In this document: positions 47,337 through 57,046 of the stretch, one piece after another | Numbering within the stretch: position 1 is the stretch's first letter | Layout: each line of letters opens with the position of its first letter | Assembly (NCBI RefSeq): GCF_000026545.1 | Contig: NC_011601.1 | From: Escherichia coli O127:H6 str. E2348/69 | Lineage (GTDB): Bacteria > Pseudomonadota > Gammaproteobacteria > Enterobacterales > Enterobacteriaceae | Strand: one strand, 5' to 3' | Length of the DNA stretch: 64,000 nt | Made by a program: the position numbers and the translations under genes | The notes under the pieces: model-generated | The model's database searches: none | Seen by the model: only the letters and a program-made list of their open reading frames with translations | Told to the model about the DNA's origin: nothing

Positions 47337-47633
47337 TCAGAACACTTTCTTAAATGGTTTCACTGAAACGTGTTCATAGACTCCTGCCGCTACGTACGGG
47401 TCAGCATCGGCCCAGGCCTGAGCTGCTTCCAGCGACTCAAATTCAGCAATAACGGTTGAGCCAGTAAATCCTGCAGCCCCTGGATCGTTACTGTCTACCG
47501 CTGGCATTGGACCGGCGGTCAACAAACGACCTTCATCATGCAGTAACTGTAAACGTGCTAAATGTGCCGGACGAACGGAAAGGCGTTTTTCGAGGCTATC
47601 AGCTTTGTCTTGAGCGTAAATAACATACAACAC
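47337..47633 (-). CDS. yciI: YciI-like (Dabb-fold) protein
   Basis: GTG start at 47633 preceded by AAGGAG gives [25 protein letters not shown], 98 aa. Confidence 0.85.
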
Positions 47634-47856
47634 AGGCACAACTCCTTGTTCGGGAAAGTTGTAAAGTACGTTATTTGAAAGGGCGAAGATCTGCAACGGA
47701 AAGATGATGTCTTTGTTAAGACCATGCATAAAGTAAGGTCAATTACGCCAAAAATGACATTTTCACTGATCCTGATCGTCTTGCCTTATTGAATATGATT
47801 GCTATTTGCATTTAAAATCGGAGCCTGGTTTTTCTACTGAAATGATTATGACTTCA

Positions 47857-48579
47857 ATGACCCTTGATTTACCTCGCCGCTTCCCCTGGCCGACGTTACT
47901 TTCGGTCTGCATTCATGGTGCTGTTGTGGCGGGTCTGCTCTATACCTCGGTACATCAGGTTATTGAACTACCTGCGCCCGCGCAGCCCATTTCTGTCACG
48001 ATGGTTGCGCCAGCGGATCTCGAACCGCCACAAGCCGTTCAACCCCCACCGGAGCCGGTGGTAGAGCCAGAACCGGAACCTGAGCCGATCCCTGAACCGC
48101 CAAAAGAAGCTCCGGTGGTCATTGAAAAGCCGAAGCCGAAGCCGAAACCTAAGCCAAAACCGAAGCCGGTGAAAAAGGTGGAGCAGCCAAAACGCGATGT
48201 CAAACCCGTAGAGTCGCGACCGGCATCACCGTTTGAAAATACGGCACCGGCACGCCCGTCATCAAGTACGGCAACGGCTGCAACCAGCAAGCCGGTTACC
48301 AGTGTGGCTTCAGGACCACGCGCATTAAGCCGTAATCAGCCGCAGTATCCGGCACGAGCACAGGCATTGCGCATTGAAGGGCAGGTTAAAGTTAAATTTG
48401 ATGTCACGCCAGATGGTCGCGTGGATAACGTACAAATCCTCTCAGCCAAGCCTGCGAACATGTTTGAGCGTGAAGTGAAAAATGCGATGCGCAGATGGCG
48501 TTATGAGCCGGGTAAGCCAGGCAGTGGGATTGTGGTGAATATCCTGTTTAAAATTAACGGCACTACCGAAATTCAGTAA
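47857..48579 (+). CDS. tonB: TonB energy transducer
   Basis: [27 protein letters not shown]-terminus and (EP)n/(KP)n proline-rich spacer. Confidence 0.95.
   Translation: MTLDLPRRFPWPTLLSVCIHGAVVAGLLYTSVHQVIELPAPAQPISVTMVAPADLEPPQAVQPPPEPVVEPEPEPEPIPEPPKEAPVVIEKPKPKPKPKPKPKPVKKVEQPKRDVKPVESRPASPFENTAPARPSSSTATAATSKPVTSVASGPRALSRNQPQYPARAQALRIEGQVKVKFDVTPDGRVDNVQILSAKPANMFEREVKNAMRRWRYEPGKPGSGIVVNILFKINGTTEIQ
48043..48171 (+). repeat. Coding short tandem repeats inside tonB (Glu-Pro and Lys-Pro runs)
   Basis: Runs of gaaccg and aagccg hexamers seen directly. Confidence 0.8.
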
Positions 48580-48590
48580 GCATAAAGTCA

Positions 48591-48614
48591 AAAGCCTCCG
48601 ACCGGAGGCTTTTG
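48591..48614. terminator. Bidirectional terminator between tonB and yciA
   Basis: AAAGCCTCCG-acc-GGAGGCTTTT hairpin. Confidence 0.75.
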
Positions 48615-48618
48615 ATTA

Positions 48619-49017
48619 TTACTCAACGGGTAAGGCGCGAGGTTTTCCTTCGGGATCAACCGCGACATACTTAAATAATGCTTCTGTTGCTTTATAGCGT
48701 TGCCCGATTGGTTCAGACGCCACTTTTTTCACCCACACTTCAATATTAATGCTGACTGATGTCGTCCCTTTCTGGACACAGCGTGCATAGCAGCACACCA
48801 CATCGCCGACCGCAACCGGCCGTAAGAAAGTCATTCCTTCAACCCGCACGGTCACTACACGACCGTGGGCAATTTCTTTCGCCAGAATAGCGCCGCCAAT
48901 ATCCATTTGTGACATTAACCAACCACCAAAGATGTCACCATTAGCGTTGGTATCGGCGGGCATGGCTAAAGTACGTAAAACAAGATCGCCCTGAGGGACG
49001 TTATGTGTTGTAGACAT
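48619..49017 (-). CDS. yciA: Acyl-CoA thioesterase YciA (hotdog fold)
   Basis: 132 aa, MSTTHNVPQGDLVLRTLAMPADTNANGDIFGG. Confidence 0.92.
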   Translation of the reverse strand: MSTTHNVPQGDLVLRTLAMPADTNANGDIFGGWLMSQMDIGGAILAKEIAHGRVVTVRVEGMTFLRPVAVGDVVCCYARCVQKGTTSVSINIEVWVKKVASEPIGQRYKATEALFKYVAVDPEGKPRALPVE

Positions 49018-49121
49018 GGTAAAACCGACTTAAAAGGAAAATCACAGGCGCGATGCTACTATGATTTTCCTGAGGAGAACAGAGGAGATACAGCGCCAGC
49101 CCCGAAGGACTGGCAGTCTGG

Positions 49122-49661
49122 TTAGGATTTATCTTCCTGCGGCATGTGGCGGTAGATATAGATACCGCTTAACAATGTGAAGATTAAGGTAAGGGCGGTC
49201 AGGCCAAAGACTTTAAAGTTGACCCAAATATTTTGCGGCAGCCAGAATGCGATGTAGATGTTTGCCAGACCGCAAAGGATAAAGAAAACAGCCCAGGCCA
49301 GATTCAGCTTCGACCATACCGATTGCGGCAGGGTGAGTTCTTTACCCAGCATCCGCTGAATTAGCGGCTTTTTCATCACCCATTGGCTGACTAACAGGGC
49401 ACCCGCAAACAGGGCATAAATGACAGTAACCTTCCATTTAATAAACTCATCATTGTGGAAGAACAGCGTCAAGCCACCGAAGACGACCACCAGAACAAAA
49501 GTGATCAGGGCCATCTTCTCGACCTTACGAAAGCGAACCCAGCTATATATAAGCACAATCGCCGTGGCGACGATGAGCGCCGCAGTAGCCGCATAGATGT
49601 CATAAATCTTGTAAAACGCGAAAAAGACAACCAGCGGTAAAAAATCAAGAAACTGCTTCAT
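49122..49661 (-). CDS. yciB: Intracellular septation/inner membrane protein YciB
   Basis: 179 aa membrane protein, conserved context. Confidence 0.9.
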   Translation of the reverse strand: MKQFLDFLPLVVFFAFYKIYDIYAATAALIVATAIVLIYSWVRFRKVEKMALITFVLVVVFGGLTLFFHNDEFIKWKVTVIYALFAGALLVSQWVMKKPLIQRMLGKELTLPQSVWSKLNLAWAVFFILCGLANIYIAFWLPQNIWVNFKVFGLTALTLIFTLLSGIYIYRHMPQEDKS

Positions 49662-49690
49662 TTTACGATTCCGTAATCAAATGCTTAAGG

Positions 49691-50434
49691 TTATTGGCGA
49701 ATCAACATATACAGGCGGAACAGATAGATGAGCAATACGGCTGAAATCAGGTTGCTCAAGGTGTTCGCCAGTACGGCACCAATTGCCGGGGTTAATGCGG
49801 CAAAAGAAGAGGCAAAAAGCAGCAACAGTGTTTTTGCCAGCAACCAGCTCAGTACTGCGGGTGCCACCAGACGTATATTCGCCCATGTCAGCCGCATACT
49901 GCTACGCATCGAGGCAAAAACGCCCATTTTGTCCTGTACCAGCATCACCGGTGCCAGAGCCAGTAAAATGGCCATGATAATTCCCGGAACGACCACCAGC
50001 ATGATGCCAATCTGTACTAAAAGGGTAGTCAGAAAAATCAGAATAAATAACTTTGGCAATATCGGCGCACTGGCACCAATAGCTCGCAGTGCACTGACTC
50101 TCTGACCCGCAGACACCAGCTGGATAATTAATATTACGCCCCCGGCGAGAATGGCGTTACCGATTAATCCTGAAAAAGTGGACGCCGCTGAAGCCTGCAG
50201 CAAAATTTGTTGCTGTTCCGGTGACATATTCTGAACCAGGTCGAACAACCCACTACTGCCGCTAACGGGTACGCCGTCATTGAGCTGCGCAAGCTGTGCA
50301 TCACTGGGTGAGAAAACATGCCCTAACACCACTGTGATAAACGCACATAGCAACGATACCAACAGAATGGTCACAAATTGATTACGGAAGAAATTTCCGG
50401 TGTCACGGTATACGGACTGCGCCGTGATAGACAT
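49691..50434 (-). CDS. yciC: UPF0259 membrane protein YciC
   Basis: 247 aa membrane protein, conserved context. Confidence 0.9.
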   Translation of the reverse strand: MSITAQSVYRDTGNFFRNQFVTILLVSLLCAFITVVLGHVFSPSDAQLAQLNDGVPVSGSSGLFDLVQNMSPEQQQILLQASAASTFSGLIGNAILAGGVILIIQLVSAGQRVSALRAIGASAPILPKLFILIFLTTLLVQIGIMLVVVPGIIMAILLALAPVMLVQDKMGVFASMRSSMRLTWANIRLVAPAVLSWLLAKTLLLLFASSFAALTPAIGAVLANTLSNLISAVLLIYLFRLYMLIRQ

Positions 50435-50790
50435 GCACTCTCCTTGAGTTTTATGCAGGTGTTAATTAGCGGGCAATTGTACCCTGGTTAAGCCTCGGGT
50501 GGCAGCATCAGGTCTTGTATGGAAAAGCATATCTTTGTAAAGCGGAGGTAATTGCTGGCCTTCAGGCGTGGGCAAATCGCGGCAAGTGGCGAACGAGTTA
50601 ATATTTGCGTAGCGAAAATATTTAAAAATTGATTTAAATCACATTAACCAGGATTTTCAATGCAACTTCTAAATTAATCCAGATCAATAAAGGGTGAATT
50701 ATCATATGTAATGTGATCTATGTAGGATCATTTGTTACTCCAATGTAGGTATATTCGTCACGTTTTTATAACCATAACGACGGAGCGGAT

Positions 50791-51429
50791 ATGAAAAAGT
50801 TAACAGTGGCGGCTTTGGCAGTAACAACTCTTCTCTCTGGCAGTGCCTTTGCGCATGAAGCAGGCGAATTTTTTATGCGTGCAGGTTCTGCAACCGTACG
50901 TCCAACAGAAGGTGCTGGTGGTACGTTAGGAAGTCTGGGTGGATTCAGCGTGACCAATAACACGCAACTGGGCCTGACGTTTACTTATATGGCGACCGAT
51001 AACATTGGTGTGGAATTGCTGGCAGCGACGCCGTTCCGCCATAAAGTTGGCACAGCCACTACCGGGGATATTGCGACTGTCCACCATTTACCGCCAACAC
51101 TGATGGCACAATGGTATTTTGGCGATTCAGGCAGTAAATTCCGTCCTTACATTGGTGCGGGTATTAACTACACCACCTTTTTTAATAATGACTTCAATGA
51201 CACCGGTGAAGGTCTTGGTTTATCTGACCTTAGTCTGAAGGATTCATGGGGCGTGGCGGGGCAAGTAGGTCTGGATTATCTCATCAACCGTGACTGGTTG
51301 CTGAATATGTCGGTCTGGTACATGGATATCGATACCACGGCTAAGTACAAATCTGGTGTTACTACCGTAAAAGACTCGGTACGACTGGATCCGTGGGTGT
51401 TTATGTTCTCCGCAGGATATCGTTTTTAA
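50791..51429 (+). CDS. ompW: Outer membrane protein W
   Basis: 212 aa, MKKLTVAALAVTTLLSGSAFA signal peptide, beta-barrel ending in GYRF. Confidence 0.95.
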   Translation: MKKLTVAALAVTTLLSGSAFAHEAGEFFMRAGSATVRPTEGAGGTLGSLGGFSVTNNTQLGLTFTYMATDNIGVELLAATPFRHKVGTATTGDIATVHHLPPTLMAQWYFGDSGSKFRPYIGAGINYTTFFNNDFNDTGEGLGLSDLSLKDSWGVAGQVGLDYLINRDWLLNMSVWYMDIDTTAKYKSGVTTVKDSVRLDPWVFMFSAGYRF

Positions 51430-51434
51430 TTTTC

Positions 51435-51468
51435 TCTGCAAAACCTCTGCAAAACCCCTCTGCAAAAC
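51435..51468. repeat. Three tandem direct repeats TCTGCAAAAC between ompW stop and integrase 3' end
   Basis: Copies at 51435-44, 51446-55, 51459-68; possible integrase arm-type sites (inference). Confidence 0.5.
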
Positions 51469-51474
51469 TGGTCA

Positions 51475-52605
51475 TCAAATGACCAGTTTTTTCCATTCCT
51501 TACCGCGTGCGTCGTTGTAAATATCGGTCATTTTTTGATTCGAATGGCCTAGCAAAATTTTGGTATCAACCCCCTGCTCTCTGAACAATCGCTCTGATAA
51601 AGATCTCTGCTCATGGAAAGAGGGAGGGGTGCCATTAGCACGCCAGTTGTAATCCACAGAATCCCGGGCTTTTTTAAATGCAACGGTTAATGTTGCTGGC
51701 TTAACCATCCCGCCGCGCTTAGCTGTCCCTTTCGCGTGATGGTGGTGCAATAGCCACGGACTAAGAACGCAATCGCGGCAGGATGACACCACATCATCCA
51801 GGGTGAGATTTAATTTATCGCAACGCAGAGCCAGAGGGATGGCAATCCGGGTTCCTGTTTTTTGCTGTTCGACATGAAGATAACCATCCCGGATATCCGA
51901 AAATTGCATTTTGCAAATATCTGAAAGGCGCTGGCCTGTCATCAGTGCCAGCAGCATACCTCGCTGTAAAAAGTAACCATCCTTTTCCGCTGCGTTATAA
52001 ATCATCATCCACTCATCAAAAGTCAGTCGCTGTCTTGATATCCGCACCTGCGGTTTTTTTGCCGATTCTGCAGGGTTAAAGCCTGGCGGGACATCGCCCG
52101 TTTGCTGAGCTTCCCGGAAAACATCGATCAGTACTTTCCTGAAAATTTGTCCCATTCTGTTATGTCCTCTGGCCTTGTACTCTTCCAGTACTGATACCAC
52201 ATCTTTTACGGTTATGGCATCTAACGGTCTGGTGCCAAAACGTTCATCAAATACCCTGAGAGGGGCCGCTTTCTGTTTCAGCGTGTTGAGTTTGATCTCG
52301 CCGTTTTTATATCTTTCCTGTTGAATTTTTCTGTAATTATTCAGAAAAATGGTAACGGTTGATGAACCGCCGGTATCACTAATAATTTTCTCCTGCAGAC
52401 TGAGCATTTGTTCCATTTGCTGCCGGGCAAGACGGCTGTTCGCTTCTGCTGCAATAGTTTCTGCCAGTTTCTGGTCAATACTGCCGAGACCGTGATTTTT
52501 GCCTGTTATGGGATGCCTGTAACGCCAGTAAACTTTGTTATTTCTTTTGTCAAAATACGGAGATAATCCCGGAACATCGGTTTTATATTTTCGCGGGCGC
52601 GCCAT
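51475..52605 (-). CDS. int: Prophage tyrosine integrase
   Basis: 376 aa; HxxR (FHEQRSL) and catalytic Tyr (MTDIYND) near C-terminus; 3' end overlaps hairpin CTGGTCAT-caa-ATGACCAG. Confidence 0.9.
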   Translation of the reverse strand: MARPRKYKTDVPGLSPYFDKRNNKVYWRYRHPITGKNHGLGSIDQKLAETIAAEANSRLARQQMEQMLSLQEKIISDTGGSSTVTIFLNNYRKIQQERYKNGEIKLNTLKQKAAPLRVFDERFGTRPLDAITVKDVVSVLEEYKARGHNRMGQIFRKVLIDVFREAQQTGDVPPGFNPAESAKKPQVRISRQRLTFDEWMMIYNAAEKDGYFLQRGMLLALMTGQRLSDICKMQFSDIRDGYLHVEQQKTGTRIAIPLALRCDKLNLTLDDVVSSCRDCVLSPWLLHHHHAKGTAKRGGMVKPATLTVAFKKARDSVDYNWRANGTPPSFHEQRSLSERLFREQGVDTKILLGHSNQKMTDIYNDARGKEWKKLVI

Positions 52606-52831
52606 CTTCCAGTATCCTCTTCAAAGCAGGGTGATCTGTGGCGATCACCTCCGGCTTGTTTACCATTCCGACAAAGCGAGCTTGCGGATCCACTCGCCAG
52701 CGTCTTCCAACTTTTTTGGGGAGAGGAAATATCATTCCGGCTTTAGCGTATTTACTTAACGTACTCGGAGTTGGGACCGGTTCACTGAATTCCTCTTTTG
52801 CCCACTCAGTGAGCAGAATAAGTCTTGCCAT
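52583..52831 (-). CDS. xis: Excisionase/AlpA-like DNA-binding protein
   Basis: 82 aa, overlaps int start, GRRWRVDP motif. Confidence 0.7.
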   Translation of the reverse strand: MARLILLTEWAKEEFSEPVPTPSTLSKYAKAGMIFPLPKKVGRRWRVDPQARFVGMVNKPEVIATDHPALKRILEDGAPAKI

Positions 52832-52895
52832 GAGCGTCGTTCGCTAATCATGGTCGCCGCCACTATAGCTGGTGGGCAACGACCGGGGTTGAACA

Positions 52896-55367
52896 TTAAA
52901 AATCAGCCTGATTCGGGATCAGTTTTTGCCAGATAACTGAAACGTATTTTGCCTGGTAACGGGCGTCATCAAGTGCATTATGGCGCTCACCTTCGAATGG
53001 AATAGCCGTTCTGGCATCGAAGTCTATGGCTTTCCCCAGCTCAACGATTGTGCGTACATCGCGATCGTTGTAGTAACGCCACGGGCAGGGGATCCCCTGC
53101 CGTTCGTATGAACGGCGCAAAATCGTGTTGTCGAAGTTGGCTCCATTTCCCCAGACCTGAACAAAAAATTCACCGGAGTTTTCGTCGATAAATTCCCGCA
53201 ATTGTAACAGTGCATCATCTAACGGGATTTCATCGGTCATAATGGCAGATTGCGCTTCGCGTGATTGCTTAAGCCACCATTTAATGGTGTCCCGATCAAT
53301 GACCCCGCCAGCAGTTTCCAGATCGATAGTCTTACTAAATTCCGGTCCCATATCTCCGGTTTGCGGATCGAAAAATATTGCACCTATTGAGATGATCGGG
53401 GCATCAGGATTTTTTCCCATGGTTTCAAGGTCGATCATTAGATGGTCACACGTCCTGCTGGTGGATGTGATTTCTTGATGACCGTTCACCTTAATTGAGT
53501 GATCTGCCGTCTCGCCAGTTTCATTATCGCTATCGTGATGCTGATTGCCGTCAGTGTTCTCCTTGTGTGGATGTTCAGCGCCTTCCATTTCCTCCGGATC
53601 ATCTTCCTGAACTTCAACCTGATACTCTTCATCGAATGTTTCCTGGTATGTTGCGTCGCCCATCACCGCGCCACAATCAGGGCAGTTGCCGCCGCCGGTC
53701 TGACCGCAGGCGGTGCAGACTTTTTCCACTTCCTGTTGCGCCACTGGTTCAGGCTGTTTCGTTTCTGGCTCGTTTTGTAACGCATTTGGGCTGTTTTGTT
53801 CCGCTTTCTGGCCGTTCTGTTCCGTTTCTTGCTGGTTCTGATTCACTGAATCGCGGGTTTCAATCCCCTTCACCCATTTCGGATCATTCTGGTCGCTAAT
53901 CCCTGCAACAAATTCTCCGCGAGAGGCAGCAAGCAACTTATCGGCGTCAGGCTGGCTGATATTGGCTGCCTGCATAATTTTGTTTACTTCGTCAGCGGTA
54001 ACTTTTACCGGCTCTGGTTGTGCGGTCGTGTCAGATGCACCAGTATTTTGTTGTGAACCTGAGTATGTACTGTTTTTGCGGGCGAAATATTCTTCTTTCG
54101 TGATTTCAGTAGCCCCGGCAGCCAGCGCCTTATCCAGACCAGAAAGTTTGTTTGCGCGACCGTATTTTTCGCCATCCTTGTCGGTGAAGAGGAAGTAGAA
54201 CGGCCCTTCACGCTCTACAGATGGTTCGACTTCCACTTTGCATTCGGTTTTTTCGTTGTCCGGAATTGCCGTTTCCACTGCATCAGTTTCTGGTACTGGC
54301 GACGAGAGAGTATCAGTTGCGCTCTGATTTCTTCCTTCATCTTCAAACACGCCCTTTGTAGTCAGGTATTCAGTAATGTATTTGTTCAGTGCCACAGGGT
54401 CTTTGTGAATGTCGATCGGACGTTCACGGACAAGGCCAAAAATAGTCTGGCGGTCGTAGCGAAGGGCATCAGGCTGTTTGCGCATTGATGCCGAGATACG
54501 CTTCCAGTCTTCGCGGTCGTTGTCGATAACTTCATTTTTTGCCCAGCGATGGATGCTGCCGTCAATGTTTCCGGCATCCACATCACCAGGCCAGAGAGCG
54601 TAGGCCAGTTCGTCATCCAGTGTTTTCCATGTCTGCTTGTATTCGCGATGAATGGCAGCAATGACCGGGCTGATTTTTCCTGTTGAATTTTCAGTGTTCT
54701 GTTGATTGGTTCTGGCGCGGGCGAGATCAACAACAGACGTGTATTTTCCGGTTTCCTTGCGTTCACCTTCGCGACGTTTTTTCCAGATGCGCATCTCTGC
54801 CTGAATTTCGGGCCATTTGGCACCAGGCTTACATTTATGCTTAACCCACCCGATGGCATGCAGCTTAAGCTCCGGATACATGGCGTTAACTTCTGGCATT
54901 TTCATCAACGCTTCAACGATATGTCCGTCGAATGTTGCCATGTCTTCCTGCAACAATTCCTGTGCGCTAATAACCATATCAACGGTGATGTTTTCACATG
55001 TGTCGAACTTAACCATGACAGCGTTCGGTACTTCAGGGGCCAGCTTGTCAAAAGTGACGTTCATCGGATCTGATTCAGTCTCAACCGGGACAAAGGAAGC
55101 AGACTCCTCATCCCAGCGGTTTTCCTGCATATATTCAGCATCCCAGGAATCGAGGGCAGGGCGGGGTATGCCGGGTTTATCCTCACAGACAATAAATTTA
55201 TAAGCGCAGTCCTGAGCTGCAGGGAATTGCTCCAGAAATTGCCAATGAAATTTTGCGCGTGCGCGACGCTCATCACCAGCTTCAATGGCAGTGGCCACCG
55301 CAACAGCGCTATCTTCTTTTATGGCCTGTTCATCAGGAATAGCAGCGCAAATAAAGACTTTACTCAT
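52896..55367 (-). CDS. Prophage exonuclease with C-terminal DnaQ-like DEDDh 3'-5' exonuclease domain
   Basis: 823 aa; C-terminal motifs MIDLETMG (Exo I), NGANFDNTIL (Exo II), HNALDDARYQA (Exo III); CTACGQTGGGNCPDCG zinc-ribbon-like; acidic low-complexity linker. Confidence 0.8.
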   Translation of the reverse strand: MSKVFICAAIPDEQAIKEDSAVAVATAIEAGDERRARAKFHWQFLEQFPAAQDCAYKFIVCEDKPGIPRPALDSWDAEYMQENRWDEESASFVPVETESDPMNVTFDKLAPEVPNAVMVKFDTCENITVDMVISAQELLQEDMATFDGHIVEALMKMPEVNAMYPELKLHAIGWVKHKCKPGAKWPEIQAEMRIWKKRREGERKETGKYTSVVDLARARTNQQNTENSTGKISPVIAAIHREYKQTWKTLDDELAYALWPGDVDAGNIDGSIHRWAKNEVIDNDREDWKRISASMRKQPDALRYDRQTIFGLVRERPIDIHKDPVALNKYITEYLTTKGVFEDEGRNQSATDTLSSPVPETDAVETAIPDNEKTECKVEVEPSVEREGPFYFLFTDKDGEKYGRANKLSGLDKALAAGATEITKEEYFARKNSTYSGSQQNTGASDTTAQPEPVKVTADEVNKIMQAANISQPDADKLLAASRGEFVAGISDQNDPKWVKGIETRDSVNQNQQETEQNGQKAEQNSPNALQNEPETKQPEPVAQQEVEKVCTACGQTGGGNCPDCGAVMGDATYQETFDEEYQVEVQEDDPEEMEGAEHPHKENTDGNQHHDSDNETGETADHSIKVNGHQEITSTSRTCDHLMIDLETMGKNPDAPIISIGAIFFDPQTGDMGPEFSKTIDLETAGGVIDRDTIKWWLKQSREAQSAIMTDEIPLDDALLQLREFIDENSGEFFVQVWGNGANFDNTILRRSYERQGIPCPWRYYNDRDVRTIVELGKAIDFDARTAIPFEGERHNALDDARYQAKYVSVIWQKLIPNQADF

Positions 55368-55459
55368 TTTGTTTTACCTCATTACAGATTTAAGGGTGAA
55401 CAAATCCCTGCCATTGCTGGCATATAAGAATGAAACCGGATGTTTATTACGGAACTGTT

Positions 55460-55651
55460 TTAAAGACCTGCCGGGATTTCGTTATTATCCTGGTGAATAA
55501 CTTTATCGACCGGGTAACAGTTACCGGGAATTTTCTGTTCGGTTGCTGCAGTCACACACTCCTGCATTGTCCTGTGAACACTGACTGCAATATCAACTGG
55601 CTCTCCGGAAACAAGAAAAACTGTCAGAACAAGTGCAAATGCTGTATTCAT
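55460..55651 (-). CDS. ydfD: YdfD-like small membrane (lysis) protein
   Basis: 63 aa from MNTAFALVLTVFLVSGEPVDIAVSVHRTMQEC; recalled as Qin-prophage ydfD; alternative start 55660. Confidence 0.6.
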   Translation of the reverse strand: MNTAFALVLTVFLVSGEPVDIAVSVHRTMQECVTAATEQKIPGNCYPVDKVIHQDNNEIPAGL

Positions 55652-55836
55652 TGCCAGCATCCTTTTTGTATCGGACGTAAACGGGCCAGCATTGAAAGAA
55701 TGCATATTTTATTTAATAGCTCCCGTTCGTGTTTTCTCTTGTTAATGGCATCTTCAGTAAATACAGGGTTACTGATAGTGACACCAATTTCAAAACAACC
55801 TTCAGACGTATTAACGTTTGGTAATAACGTTTCCAT
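55648..55836 (-). CDS. dicB: Cell division inhibitor DicB (MinC activator)
   Basis: 62 aa METLLPNVNTSEGCFEIGVTISNPVFTEDAINKRKHERELLNKICILSMLARL, near-identical to DicB as recalled. Confidence 0.9.
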   Translation of the reverse strand: METLLPNVNTSEGCFEIGVTISNPVFTEDAINKRKHERELLNKICILSMLARLRPIQKGCWQ

Positions 55837-56010
55837 TATCGCGTCCTCAACAATGAATTTTGTGATGTGGTGCCTGGTGCCTCCAGGTGACGTTAACCAG
55901 TTAACAATTAACGCCGGATACAGAGAATCCACCCATAACACTGTTTTTGGTTTTAACTGTTCCGCGTGCGCTCAGCCGCATTCACCGCATCACAAAATTC
56001 ACTTTAAAAA

Positions 56011-56063
56011 CGGCGGCAGAGCAGTCACGGAGTAAAACTGATACCGCCAAACGTCACCAGAAA
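56011..56063 (-). ncRNA. dicF: DicF small RNA (ftsZ translation inhibitor)
   Basis: Minus strand reads TTTCTGGTGACGTTTGGCGGTATCAGTTTTACTCCGTGACTGCTCTGCCGCCG then a T-run, matching recalled DicF. Confidence 0.85.
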
Positions 56064-56394
56064 ATTGATAACAGAGGGCGTTGCAGCGGGGTTGTCGCTT
56101 AAGCGTATGGTCAACCTGACAACCCGGTGTCCTCAACGGGGAAGGAATAACCCCGCCATACTTACCGCCGCGCCATTTCGCGGAGTGCCACAACCGGAAG
56201 CGCACGGTCGAACTAAATTTAACGACACCGTACAGAGAGACCAATTTTGCCGTGCGCTTTCGCGTTATGCCCTGACTTTTCAGGGACATATCCTTTCAGT
56301 AAACTGTCAGTGCCGGATGTTCACCCGTGTCCGGCGCACGCACTCCACCTGACCCGTGGAGAACTCCTTAATTACCAACCCTCAGGAGGGTGAA

Positions 56395-56673
56395 ATGGAT
56401 AAAAAGCAAATTGAGGCCCTGCAATCTATTATTGAAAAACAAGATGAAGCTATCAGGATTCTTTCATATCGCACTGATATGATACTAAATATGCTTTCTG
56501 CATTAACGGCTGCGCTTGGTGGTACAAAAACAAACGTATACCGCGAAGTTGTTATTCAACAGATAGATAAATTTGAAAAAACCATACCAGGTATTAATGC
56601 TCATCTTGCAGAACAAGAGAAAGACCATGCTCTTATGGCAATTTCTTCAGTAGCTCTCCCGAAAGTTGAGTAG
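56395..56673 (+). CDS. Hypothetical coiled-coil-like protein, opposite strand within leftward early region
   Basis: ATG 56395 preceded by AGGAGG; 92 aa; 3' end overlaps convergent gene 56633-57046 by about 41 nt. Confidence 0.5.
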   Translation: MDKKQIEALQSIIEKQDEAIRILSYRTDMILNMLSALTAALGGTKTNVYREVVIQQIDKFEKTIPGINAHLAEQEKDHALMAISSVALPKVE

Positions 56674-57046
56674 TTTTAATTGTTGTTTTGAAATAATCAC
56701 TGCTTTCACATTTGAGTGATTTCATGGCAATCCAAATGCGGGCCTCTGTGCCTGCATTTGGTTCCAGTTGCTGTAGACGTTTTGCGTCTTCCAAAAGTAA
56801 GGCGATAATGTGTTTCAGCTTCTCATCATTTGCTTGATTCTTGTTTTCAGGCGAATTCTGTCCGCCGAATAGGCGCTTCTCTTCATACAGACCTATAAAG
56901 GCACGACGCACGTTACCGGATATAGTATCGATGGTTTCTTTTTCTACGGTACTCAGGTCAAGAGTCGCCAGTTGAGAGCGAACCACATTCGATGCCATTT
57001 CCTGGAATGGTACTGGTAAATCTTTAAATTCCATCGTCAACCTCAT
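56633..57046 (-). CDS. Hypothetical prophage early-left protein (137 aa)
   Basis: ATG overlaps stop of upstream gene (TGATG); no motif recognised. Confidence 0.55.
   Translation of the reverse strand: MRLTMEFKDLPVPFQEMASNVVRSQLATLDLSTVEKETIDTISGNVRRAFIGLYEEKRLFGGQNSPENKNQANDEKLKHIIALLLEDAKRLQQLEPNAGTEARIWIAMKSLKCESSDYFKTTIKTTQLSGELLKKLP

Noticed and set aside
48043-48171. Short tandem repeats considered as a possible CRISPR or variable-number repeat locus
   Set aside because: They are the in-frame Glu-Pro/Lys-Pro spacer of tonB; no CRISPR array was seen anywhere in the window
52896-55367. Calling the 823-aa protein RecE (exonuclease VIII)
   Set aside because: The catalytic domain has DEDDh DnaQ-type motifs rather than a RecE/lambda-Exo type fold, and no RecT partner is adjacent
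55430-56035. 201-aa plus-strand ORF across ydfD/dicB/dicF
   Set aside because: Antisense to three well-supported features; Cys-rich low-complexity translation typical of a shadow frame
55999-56289. 96-aa minus-strand ORF overlapping dicF
   Set aside because: Its 3' end runs through the dicF RNA; could be a ydfC-like gene but I cannot support it from sequence
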